A stretch of DNA of 18,404 bases from Candidatus Fermentibacteraceae bacterium. Its GTDB lineage: Bacteria > Fermentibacterota > Fermentibacteria > Fermentibacterales > JCC-6. The position numbers and the translations under genes are program-made. Shown piece after piece: positions 1-7,121 of this stretch. The stretch is from NCBI GenBank assembly GCA_041686025.1, contig JAWLEP010000021.1, positions 1 to 18,404 of the forward strand. The letters are read 5' to 3'. The notes below the pieces were generated by a model. That model ran no database searches, had not been told where the DNA came from, and saw only the letters and a program-made list of their open reading frames with translations. Within the stretch, counting starts at the first letter, position 1; the number at the start of each line of letters is the position of its first letter.

Positions 1-750
1 CTGTGGATCCTCTCCACCTCGCTGAAGTCCCCGGAGCTGATCGACGACCGGCCGCCGTCGCTGCTGCCCGACCTGGACGCCACAAGCTACCGGGTGGCCC
101 TGGAGGGCAGGGGCTTTCTGCGCAGCATGGGAAACAGCTTCCTCGTTGCTGGGGTCACCACGGTGCTCACCGTGCTGATGGCGTCCCTGGCCGCCTACCC
201 GCTGGCCCGCATGGCCGGCCGCTGGCGGGGGCCCGTGCTGGGGCTTGTTCTGGCGGCGTCCATGTTCCCGCAGGTCTCCATCGCGGGGGCCGTGTACCGG
301 ATGCTCATGGGCATGGGCCTTCTCAACACCCATCCCGGCCTGGTGCTGCCCTACACCGGGCTGATGCTGCCGCTGGCCATCTGGATGCTGACGGGTTTCT
401 TCGGCCGGCTGCCCAGGGAGCTTGAGGAGGCGGCCTTGGTAGACGGATGCGGGCCCTGGACCACTGTCTGGCGCGTGTTCGCGCCGGTGGCGGCCCCGGC
501 GGTGTTCACCACCGCCATACTGGTGTTCATCTACGCCTGGAACGAGTTCTTCTTCGCACTGCTGGTGATGACCGACCCGGCCATGCAGACCGTCCCGGTG
601 GCCATCGCCAAGTTCCCCGGGCAGTACCGGGTGCCCTGGGGGGAGCTGTCGGCGGCCGCCGTGGTGGCCATACTCCCCCTGGTGGCCATGGTCCTGCTGC
701 TTCAGCGGCGCATAGTCAGCGGACTCACCGCCGGTGCCACCAAGGGGTAA
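1..750 (+). CDS. Carbohydrate ABC transporter permease, MalG/UgpE type (5'-truncated by the window edge)
   Basis: Frame 1 is open from base 1 (LWILSTSLKSPE..., matching the W-x-x-x-TS-x-K start of MalG-type permeases). It has several hydrophobic TM segments, the EAA loop 'LPRELEEAALVDGCG' and 'FIYAWNEFFFAL'. Stop TAA at 748-750. Confidence 0.93.
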   Translation: MWILSTSLKSPELIDDRPPSLLPDLDATSYRVALEGRGFLRSMGNSFLVAGVTTVLTVLMASLAAYPLARMAGRWRGPVLGLVLAASMFPQVSIAGAVYRMLMGMGLLNTHPGLVLPYTGLMLPLAIWMLTGFFGRLPRELEEAALVDGCGPWTTVWRVFAPVAAPAVFTTAILVFIYAWNEFFFALLVMTDPAMQTVPVAIAKFPGQYRVPWGELSAAAVVAILPLVAMVLLLQRRIVSGLTAGATKG

Positions 751-767
751 GGGCCGAAAGGGGGCGC

Positions 768-1538
768 ATGGCTTACGACGACGGCGAGGAGTACGACAGA
801 GGGGTGCAGACGCCCTATCACCGCCTGTGGTACGGGATGGTGGAGGAGAGGATGCAGGAGCTCCTTCCCGGGTCGGGGCTGCTGCTGGACGCCGGCGGAG
901 GCACCGGAGAGTTCTGCCGGCGGGCCGGACGGCTGCGGCCGGGAATGGACTTCGTCAACCTGGACCTCTCCGGGCCGATGCTGGCCACTTCCCTGCGGAA
1001 ATGGGCATCCTCCGGGCTGGAGGCCGGCTTCCGGGCGGTCCGCGGCGACATGGCCCGGCTTCCCCTGTCCTCCGCGCTGTTTGACGTCGTGCTATGCCTG
1101 GGCGACTCGCTGGGTTACGCCGCCGACCGCGAGCGGGGCTTTGCCGAGCTGGCGCGGGTGCTGCGCCCCGGCGGCCTGCTCTGGGTCTCGGGCAACGCCT
1201 TCTGGGGCAACTTTGCCTGCATGCTGGCCGACGGCCCGGACATGGGGTTCGGGGCCGGGAAGGTCCGTGAGTACTACCGGACCCGCTGGGTAGGCCAGGG
1301 TGAGAACTCCGTCCACAGCTTCACCACGGAGGAGCTGGAGGACCTGGCCCGGCGCAACGGCCTGGAGGTGGAGGAGGTCTTCTCCACGCCGGTGCTGGGA
1401 GTGCACGAGGACTTCCTGGAGGACCCGGAGATGGCCCGGTGGGTGCGGGAGGTCCAGGTGCGGTACAGTTCCCACATGGGCCTGGTGGAGAGGGGCAATC
1501 ACATCAACGTCGTATATGCAAAGCCCGGCCGGGGCTGA
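768..1538 (+). CDS. Class I SAM-dependent methyltransferase (Methyltransf_11/25-like), 256 aa, substrate unknown
   Basis: ATG at 768 follows the purine-rich GAAAGGGGG. Motif I 'LLDAGGGTG', 'NLDLSGPML', 'RGDMARLPL...FDVVLC' and 'LARVLRPGGLL' are present. The ORF-track start at 447 lies inside the permease. Confidence 0.9.
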   Translation: MAYDDGEEYDRGVQTPYHRLWYGMVEERMQELLPGSGLLLDAGGGTGEFCRRAGRLRPGMDFVNLDLSGPMLATSLRKWASSGLEAGFRAVRGDMARLPLSSALFDVVLCLGDSLGYAADRERGFAELARVLRPGGLLWVSGNAFWGNFACMLADGPDMGFGAGKVREYYRTRWVGQGENSVHSFTTEELEDLARRNGLEVEEVFSTPVLGVHEDFLEDPEMARWVREVQVRYSSHMGLVERGNHINVVYAKPGRG

Positions 1539-1551
1539 CGGGAGGGAAGCC

Positions 1552-2190
1552 ATGCTTCAGGGTGCTGCCTTGGCTGCGCTGGCTGCTGCCCTCTTCCTGC
1601 AGGCGGCTGGGGGCCTGGGGATGGACTGGGGCGAAACCTGGCCCAGGATCGGGATGGCCGAGCCCTACATCAGCTTGCTGGGCTGGCGGGGGGATACCGC
1701 AGTGGTCTACCAGGTGACCTACGCCTGCTGCGTGGTGGACTCCACTGAAGAGCTTCTTCTGGTGACTGCCGATTCCGTGATAGGCAGGCCTCCGGATTCG
1801 GCGGAGGTTCCGGAGGCCGAGCGGGTGAAGGTTCTCTCCAACAGGGCCATGCAGATGGCAGGAAGCGCCTCTTTAGGGCTGGAGGTGACGGTGGACGGCG
1901 ATGAGCTGGAGGCCATGTACGAGTCCTGCCGGGAGTTCGAGCGCTACCTGGACTCCGGGCCCCCTCCGGTGCACGCCGGGCTGGCGGCAGTGGACGGGGA
2001 GGGGTGCGTACTCTGGAGCGCCGAGCGCACTCTGGGGTGGATAGCGGGGGAGTGCGGCCCCCTGTTCGACCTGCCCAGGCTGGAGCTGGCGGCGGCCTCC
2101 CCGGACTCGGCACTGGCCTACCTGTGCGTCTTCTACGGGGAGACCATGGAACACGTGGTTGTACCCTTGTCCGGTGGAGACGCCCCCTAG
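1552..2190 (+). CDS. Hypothetical exported protein, 212 aa
   Basis: ATG at 1552 follows GGAGGG, 13 nt after the upstream stop. The N-terminus is hydrophobic and Ala/Leu-rich (MLQGAALAALAAALFLQAAGG), and GC3-rich codon usage matches the neighbours. No family recognised. Confidence 0.7.
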   Translation: MLQGAALAALAAALFLQAAGGLGMDWGETWPRIGMAEPYISLLGWRGDTAVVYQVTYACCVVDSTEELLLVTADSVIGRPPDSAEVPEAERVKVLSNRAMQMAGSASLGLEVTVDGDELEAMYESCREFERYLDSGPPPVHAGLAAVDGEGCVLWSAERTLGWIAGECGPLFDLPRLELAAASPDSALAYLCVFYGETMEHVVVPLSGGDAP

Positions 2191-2265
2191 ATAGGGACTC
2201 CTCCCCGATCCCCCGACATGCCGTCTGTCTCGGTGTCCAGCTTCCGCGTCATGGCCTTTCAGGGG

Positions 2266-2311
2266 TTGACTTTCCTCTCCAATTAGGTATTAAGTATCTG
2301 AATACCGAAAT
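2266..2311 (+). promoter_or_regulatory. Putative sigma70 promoter of fprA with an overlapping palindromic operator
   Basis: TTGACT at 2266-2271 (-35-like), a weak -10 TATTAA at 2288-2293 and an AT-rich island. The inverted repeat GGTATT-N9-AATACC (2286-2306) extends imperfectly over 2281-2311. Confidence 0.6.
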
Positions 2312-2333
2312 GCTACGCGAAAGGGGATGTGCC

Positions 2334-3515
2334 ATGTACAAGGGAGAGCTGGCGGATGGAGTGGAGGCCCTGGGGGCCGTAGACTGGAGCAGGAGGCTAT
2401 TCGACTCGCTGATTCCCCTTCCGGACGGGACCAGCTATAACGCCTATCTGATACGTGGGGAGGAAAATACCGTTCTGATAGACACGGCAGATCCCAACAT
2501 GCAGGAGGAGCTGCTGGAGCAGCTGAAGGGCGTCGGGCGAATCGACTACATCGTCTCCAACCACTCCGAGCAGGACCACTCCGGAGCGATACCGGCCGTG
2601 CTGGAGGCCTTTCCCGAAGCGAAGGTGCTGGCCACGGAGAAGGGATGCGGTCTCCTGGGGGAGCTGCTGGGAGTGGCTGAAGACAGGATGCGTCCGGTGG
2701 ATGACGGGGAGCGGCTGGACCTGGGCGGTCGCACGCTGGAGTTCGTCCATACGCCCTGGGTACACTGGCCCGAGACGATGGTTACCCTGCTGCAGGAGGA
2801 CGGGATTCTCTTCTCCTGCGATCTCTTCGGGTCCCATCTGGCAACCAGTGAGCTCTATGTGGATGATGAGGCGCGCGTATACGAGGCCGCCAAGAGGTAC
2901 TACGCCGAGATCATGATGCCCTTCAGGAAGGCGATTCGGGGCAACATGAAAAGGGTCGAAGCGCTTGACGTGAGTGTCATCGCGCCCAGCCATGGTCCGG
3001 TCTACGCGGAGCCGGGCTTTATCATTGACGCCTACAACGACTGGATCTCCGAAGAGGTCTCCAACCAGGTGGTGCTGCCGTTCGTATCCATGCACGGCAG
3101 CACTAGGATGATGGTGGACACGCTGACCCAGGAGCTGGCCGACAGGGGCGTGGAGACTCTGCTGTTCGACCTGGCGGTGACCGACATAGGCAAGCTGGCC
3201 ATCGCGCTGGTGGACGCGGCGACAGTCGTGGTGGGCACCCCCACGGTGCACGCCGGGCCGCATCCCCTGGCGGGGTACGCCGCCGGGCTGGCCAACGCCC
3301 TCAGGCCCAAGGCCAGGTTCGCATCGGTGATCGGCTCCTACGGCTGGCATGGGCACGCGGCCGAGGACATCGCCGGGGCCCTTCCCGCCCTGAAGGTGGA
3401 TCTCCTGGAGCCGGTGATGTGCAAGGGGAAGCCCGAGGGGGACGACCTGGAGCGCGTGGCGGCGCTGGCTGAAGGGATAGCCGAAAAGCACAGGGAAGCG
3501 GGGCTGATGGGGTGA
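2334..3515 (+). CDS. fprA: Class A flavodiiron protein (FprA/A-type flavoprotein; O2/NO reductase), 393 aa
   Basis: ATG at 2334 follows AAAGGGGA. 'GTSYNAYLI' and the metallo-beta-lactamase diiron ligands 'NHSEQDHSG', 'WVHWPETM', 'SCDLFG', 'PSHGP' are present. The C-terminal flavodoxin domain has 'SMHGST', 'GTPT' and 'GSYGW'. Confidence 0.95.
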   Translation: MYKGELADGVEALGAVDWSRRLFDSLIPLPDGTSYNAYLIRGEENTVLIDTADPNMQEELLEQLKGVGRIDYIVSNHSEQDHSGAIPAVLEAFPEAKVLATEKGCGLLGELLGVAEDRMRPVDDGERLDLGGRTLEFVHTPWVHWPETMVTLLQEDGILFSCDLFGSHLATSELYVDDEARVYEAAKRYYAEIMMPFRKAIRGNMKRVEALDVSVIAPSHGPVYAEPGFIIDAYNDWISEEVSNQVVLPFVSMHGSTRMMVDTLTQELADRGVETLLFDLAVTDIGKLAIALVDAATVVVGTPTVHAGPHPLAGYAAGLANALRPKARFASVIGSYGWHGHAAEDIAGALPALKVDLLEPVMCKGKPEGDDLERVAALAEGIAEKHREAGLMG

Positions 3516-3527
3516 TGGCGGACCTGA

Positions 3528-3812
3528 CGGGCCGGCCGGTCGACGGACACCTGGGGAAGATGGGGCGGAGACGAGTTCATGGGAATCGTGCGCTTCGCCT
3601 CCGGAGAAGACCTCGGGGTCTTGTGCGAGAGGATGCTGGGCCTGGTAGCCTCGTCGGCGGTGATCACCGCCGACGGTGAGATCCAACTGAGCGCGTCGGC
3701 CGGCGCGACCATGGCCGATCCCGGTGAGCCGCCCATGGAGACGGTGGCCCGCGCGGACCGCCTTCTCTACCGGAGCAAGGACCAGGGCGGGGGAAGGCTG
3801 ACGCTGGATTGA
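3528..3812 (+). pseudogene. Truncated diguanylate cyclase (C-terminal half of a GGDEF domain)
   Basis: Reading upstream of the ORF-track ATG (3579) in the same frame gives RAGRSTDTWGRWGGDEFMGIV...LSASAGA...ARADRLLYRSKDQG*. This includes the RxxD I-site, the GGDEF signature, the S-x-G strand and the ADxxLYxxK motif. An in-frame TGA at 3525-3527 blocks the 5' end, and the DxDxFKxxND half is missing. Confidence 0.8.
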
Positions 3813-3864
3813 GCCGGAGCGGGCCGCGTCAGCGGCGTCGGTTCCGAAGCCGGAAGGGAGCTGC

Positions 3865-4602
3865 GTGTTGAGGCGCAGAATCATTCACATAGACGAGGAG
3901 CGCTGTGACGGCTGCGGCATCTGCGCCGATGCCTGTCACGAGGGCGCAATCGAGATAATCGGCGGTAAGGCGAAGCTGGTGCGGGACTCCTACTGCGACG
4001 GCCTGGGAGACTGCATCGGACCCTGTCCCCGGGACGCCATCTCCATAGAGGAGCGGGAGGCGGAGGAGTACGACGCCGAGACCGTGCGCAGGCGGATGCT
4101 GGAGAGGGAGAAGGTGGACACGGGCGGTGCCGGCTGTGCGACGGCGGGATGCCCCGGAGCGGCCCCCAGGGCGATGGACCCGCCTCTGGGGGAGGTAGGC
4201 TCGGAGAAGGGATCTCCCGTTGCCTCGCGGCTTTCGAGCTGGCCGGTGCAGATAGCTCTCGTACCCCCGAATGCCCCGTTTCTCAGGGAAGCCGACCTGC
4301 TGCTGACGGCCGACTGCGTGCCCTTCGCCCTGCCGGACCTTCACGAGAGGTTCATGCGTGGGCGGGTGACCCTGGTGGGATGTCCCAAGCTGGACGATGC
4401 CGGGGCGCACGTGCGGAAGCTGGCGGCGATCTTCGAGGAGGCGCAGCCCTCATCTGTGACCGTCCTTCGCATGGAGGTCCCCTGCTGCGGAGGCTTGACC
4501 GGAATGGCTCGGATGGCGATTGAGAAGGACGCCCCGCACATACCCCTGGAGGTACACACGGTGGGCGTGCGGGGCGGAGTGAGTACAGAACGGCTTCAGT
4601 AG
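3865..4602 (+). CDS. 4Fe-4S ferredoxin-domain protein with a Cys-rich C-terminal domain (family often found with hcp/fprA genes in anaerobes), 245 aa
   Basis: GTG at 3865 follows AAGGGAG. It has CDGCGICADAC (CxxCxxCxxxC), CDGLGDCIGPCP and the C-terminal 'WPVQ', 'ADCVPFA', 'GCPKLDD', 'MEVPCC' motifs. Confidence 0.9.
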   Translation: MLRRRIIHIDEERCDGCGICADACHEGAIEIIGGKAKLVRDSYCDGLGDCIGPCPRDAISIEEREAEEYDAETVRRRMLEREKVDTGGAGCATAGCPGAAPRAMDPPLGEVGSEKGSPVASRLSSWPVQIALVPPNAPFLREADLLLTADCVPFALPDLHERFMRGRVTLVGCPKLDDAGAHVRKLAAIFEEAQPSSVTVLRMEVPCCGGLTGMARMAIEKDAPHIPLEVHTVGVRGGVSTERLQ

Positions 4603-5411
4603 GCGGCCTTGACGGCTCCCCAGGTGGTGCCCTCGAAGGACAGGTGCTCGTCCTCTATGACGTAGTTCTCGTTGCTGCCGTAGCTGCTTCCCCAGATGTA
4701 GAAGTCCTCCACCATGGCTATGCCCACTCCGAAGCTGCATCCGGGGCTGAAGCTGCCCACCTCGTTGAGCGGGTTGGCGCCGTCCAGCACACGGATCGTA
4801 CTTCCCTCGGCGTCGTGGCTGTAGAAGAGGTCGTGGTCCTCGTTGTAGTAGATGCCGCCCAGCGGATTGCCGGGAACTACATAGGTGTGCTCCACAGTCC
4901 AGCCTCCGCCGGGGCTCAGGGACAGCTTCCTGAGATCGTCGCCGTAACCGAAAACACAGTAGAAGCTGGAGCCGCGGACGGTGATGCCCAGTATGCCGTC
5001 GAGGCTGCCCAGATCCCACACGTCCACCAGGCCGGGATTCTGCGGGTCCGAGACGTCGAAGCAGTATATGGCGTCGCCGTATGTAGCCAGGCTGTCTCCG
5101 TAGCTGTCGGTCAAATAGAGGTACTGGTCGTCCTCGTCGTAGTGCACACCGTTTCCCTCCAGCCCCGCGGTCCCTACGACGTCCGGCACGTAGAAGCTGT
5201 GCGTGAAGCTGCCATCCTCCGGGTCGACGGTGACGATCTCGCCGTTGTTATTGGCGCTGGAGGCCTGCCATATCCACCCGTTTACCGGATCATAGTCAAG
5301 GCTCATGCACGAGCTCACGGCCGGGTAGGTGTTTACGACACCCTTGCCTTCGGCATGCAGTGCCGCCGGGACGAGAAGGACCGCGGTTGCGGTTATGGCC
5401 GATATCTTCAT
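4596..5411 (-). CDS. Secreted hypothetical protein, probable beta-propeller, with a C-terminal TTWGAVK tail, 271 aa
   Basis: ATG follows GAAAGGAA on the minus strand. Sec signal peptide MKISAITATAVLLVPAALHA. About five blade-like repeats (SLDYDPVNGWIWQA, GVHYDEDDQYLYLTD, GITVRGSSFYCV, GIYYNEDHDLFYSHD, GIAMVEDFYIWGS). Ends LSFEGTTWGAVKAAY. Confidence 0.85.
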   Translation of the reverse strand: MKISAITATAVLLVPAALHAEGKGVVNTYPAVSSCMSLDYDPVNGWIWQASSANNNGEIVTVDPEDGSFTHSFYVPDVVGTAGLEGNGVHYDEDDQYLYLTDSYGDSLATYGDAIYCFDVSDPQNPGLVDVWDLGSLDGILGITVRGSSFYCVFGYGDDLRKLSLSPGGGWTVEHTYVVPGNPLGGIYYNEDHDLFYSHDAEGSTIRVLDGANPLNEVGSFSPGCSFGVGIAMVEDFYIWGSSYGSNENYVIEDEHLSFEGTTWGAVKAAY

Positions 5412-5491
5412 GAGATTCCTTTCACTGCAGGGTTGTGGTTTAACGGCTGGAAATCGCGCTGGAACAGCGCTGGTGACAAAAGTACCTATTC

Positions 5492-5541
5492 ATACTACCA
5501 CTAATCATTTCAAAGATGGTCGGCTGATGAAGGAGTGACAA
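5492..5541 (-). promoter_or_regulatory. Possible promoter(s) for the 5411 gene
   Basis: The minus strand has TTGTCA (5541-5536)-17 bp-CATCTT (5518-5513), and separately an extended -10-like TGGTAGTAT (5500-5492), within an AT-richer intergenic stretch. Confidence 0.3.
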
Positions 5542-5590
5542 GGCTTCCGCGGCGGTTTCCGACGACTGGATTTGGCGAAGCCGGCTTTCG

Positions 5591-6448
5591 TCAGCTGCGG
5601 GAGTGCAGCAGGAGCAGGCTTCCCTCGGGATGGCCGGTGTGGTCGGCCACCAGGGGGCACTTCACCCGGAAGAGGAAATGGACGTCCCTGTCCACTCCGG
5701 ACAGGGACTCGAAGTTGCCCTGGCCCTTGGAGATCACGACATCCGCCTCTTCGAAGAGCCTCTGGAAGTCCGCAGAGCAGTCGGCCAGTACGGTGGCGGG
5801 GGCGCAGGAGCCGTTGGAAACCAGCCCGGCCACCGCGTGAAGGCCGGCTGCATGTGCGTCATCAAGGGTTGCGTCGTTGATGGCCGGGCCGCCCCGGACG
5901 GCGACGATGACCCTGCCCTGCGGCATCTGCTGTATGAACTTGCGGTCGAACACCGTCTCCCCGGCGTTGTCGGCCAGGTAAAGAACTCTCTCGGCCCGGC
6001 CGATCTCCCGGCGGAGGTCTTCGGGGTCCTCGCCCAGTATGGGGAGCTCCATGGCCTCCCGCAGGGTGTCGCCGATGTCCGAGTCTTCCACCTGCGATCT
6101 CGCACCCAGGTCGATGATGTTCCCGGCAATGGCCAGACGCATGCCGGTGAGGAAGGGATCGTGGGACTCGGCCAGCATGCGGTCCATCCGGGGAAGGAGC
6201 TTCAGGGCCATGTCCGTGTGCAGCGACTTGACCTCCCGGTAGGGGTCGTCCCGGCCGGAGAGCTCCATGACGATGCGTCCTATGCCGGCGGCGATCTCCG
6301 GCGGCGACACGTCCAGTTCCGCCTCCGCCATCCAGGCCAGGCACCTCCGGATGATCCTCAGCCGCAGGTTCGGGTCGCCCGTGCTCATGCACGCCGCTTC
6401 CTTTGCCTGCCGCACCAGGCAGGGCAGGCACTCCATCTCGGCTATCAT
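5591..6448 (-). CDS. DUF89/ARMT1-like damage-control metal-dependent phosphatase, 285 aa
   Basis: N-terminal CxxC (ECLPCL), 'DPYREVK', 'LAIAGNIIDLG', 'YLADNAGE', 'PAINDAT', 'ISKGQGNFESL' and 'FLFRVKC' are all DUF89 hallmarks. Confidence 0.93.
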   Translation of the reverse strand: MIAEMECLPCLVRQAKEAACMSTGDPNLRLRIIRRCLAWMAEAELDVSPPEIAAGIGRIVMELSGRDDPYREVKSLHTDMALKLLPRMDRMLAESHDPFLTGMRLAIAGNIIDLGARSQVEDSDIGDTLREAMELPILGEDPEDLRREIGRAERVLYLADNAGETVFDRKFIQQMPQGRVIVAVRGGPAINDATLDDAHAAGLHAVAGLVSNGSCAPATVLADCSADFQRLFEEADVVISKGQGNFESLSGVDRDVHFLFRVKCPLVADHTGHPEGSLLLLHSRS

Positions 6449-6541
6449 GGCCGCTCCGTTTCCTTGGGGTCGGGGATGACTTCGAACCGGACAGCATAAT
6501 CAGAGAATGGCACCGATGTAAGTACCACAGACGGAGCCGTC

Positions 6542-6570
6542 TTGCACGGGCGGAGACATGGAGCTATCCT
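6542..6570 (+). promoter_or_regulatory. Putative sigma70 promoter for the lipoprotein / protease-like gene pair
   Basis: TTGCAC (6542-6547)-17 bp-TATCCT (6565-6570), about 50 nt upstream of the ATG at 6620 and its AAAGGAG RBS. Confidence 0.55.
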
Positions 6571-6619
6571 GCAATGGAATGGAAGTGGGATGACAACGAT
6601 ACGAAAGGAGCGGCCCGGC

Positions 6620-7096
6620 ATGCGTCTGTGTCTCATTGCATCCGTTGTACTGCTGGCGGCGGCCTCCTGCGGGGAGGGGGATGGCCGGTTCGGCGAAGCC
6701 ACAAAGGTGGTGTACGAGTACGGCGACTCCTCGGTGCCGCCGCAGTACCACCGCAGCTACGTGATAGAGGCTACCCCCGACAGCGTCCACGTGGTTGTGG
6801 ACAGCTATGGCGACGTTCTTGCGGACTCCACGTATGCTCTGTCCGGGACGCGCTTCGAGGCGCTTCTGGTGGAGCTGGAGAGGGCGGGGCTTCGCAGGGT
6901 GCCCGAGACCGAGCCCGACGGATGCACCGGAGGCACCACGGAAGCCATCACCCTCTTCGGGGAGGACGATGTCGTCTTCTCCGGAAGGGTGTACCACTGT
7001 GGCGGGGACGACTTCGGGAATCTGGGCGGAGATCTGGAGGCGGCCGCCGACGCGGTGAGGGGCCTGGTGCCCAACCTGGACCAGCTGACGGACTAG
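6620..7096 (+). CDS. Hypothetical lipoprotein, 158 aa
   Basis: AAAGGAG at 6604-6610, then ATG 6620. Signal II-like MRLCLIASVVLLAAAS|C. Conserved-looking 'DSSVPPQYHRSY' and two Cys-Gly motifs (GCTGG, HCGG). Confidence 0.8.
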   Translation: MRLCLIASVVLLAAASCGEGDGRFGEATKVVYEYGDSSVPPQYHRSYVIEATPDSVHVVVDSYGDVLADSTYALSGTRFEALLVELERAGLRRVPETEPDGCTGGTTEAITLFGEDDVVFSGRVYHCGGDDFGNLGGDLEAAADAVRGLVPNLDQLTD

Positions 7097-7121
7097 CTCC
7101 GAGGAAGGAGAGGTGCGGCAA

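Noticed and set aside
447..2333. ORF-track N-terminal extensions (starts 447, 1300, 2004; likewise 6542, 10100 and 15843 elsewhere)
   Set aside because: The extensions overlap upstream genes or promoters. Downstream ATGs have SD sequences and coincide with domain or signal-peptide starts.
3513..3527. Possible TGA readthrough or selenocysteine fusion of FprA to the in-frame GGDEF fragment
   Set aside because: It needs two TGA readthroughs. FprA ends at its normal length, the positions are not Cys-equivalent, I see no convincing SECIS-like hairpin, and other genes here use TGA as a normal stop.
2397..3884. 495-aa minus-strand ORF opposite fprA
   Set aside because: It is an antisense shadow of a strongly supported gene and has no recognisable domain.
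5412..5590. Intergenic region checked for a riboswitch or ncRNA (short palindrome AAGCCGGCTT, GTGACAA repeated at 5473 and 5535)
   Set aside because: I could not match a known riboswitch consensus by eye, and the repeats are short enough to be chance. An Rfam/Infernal scan would be decisive.
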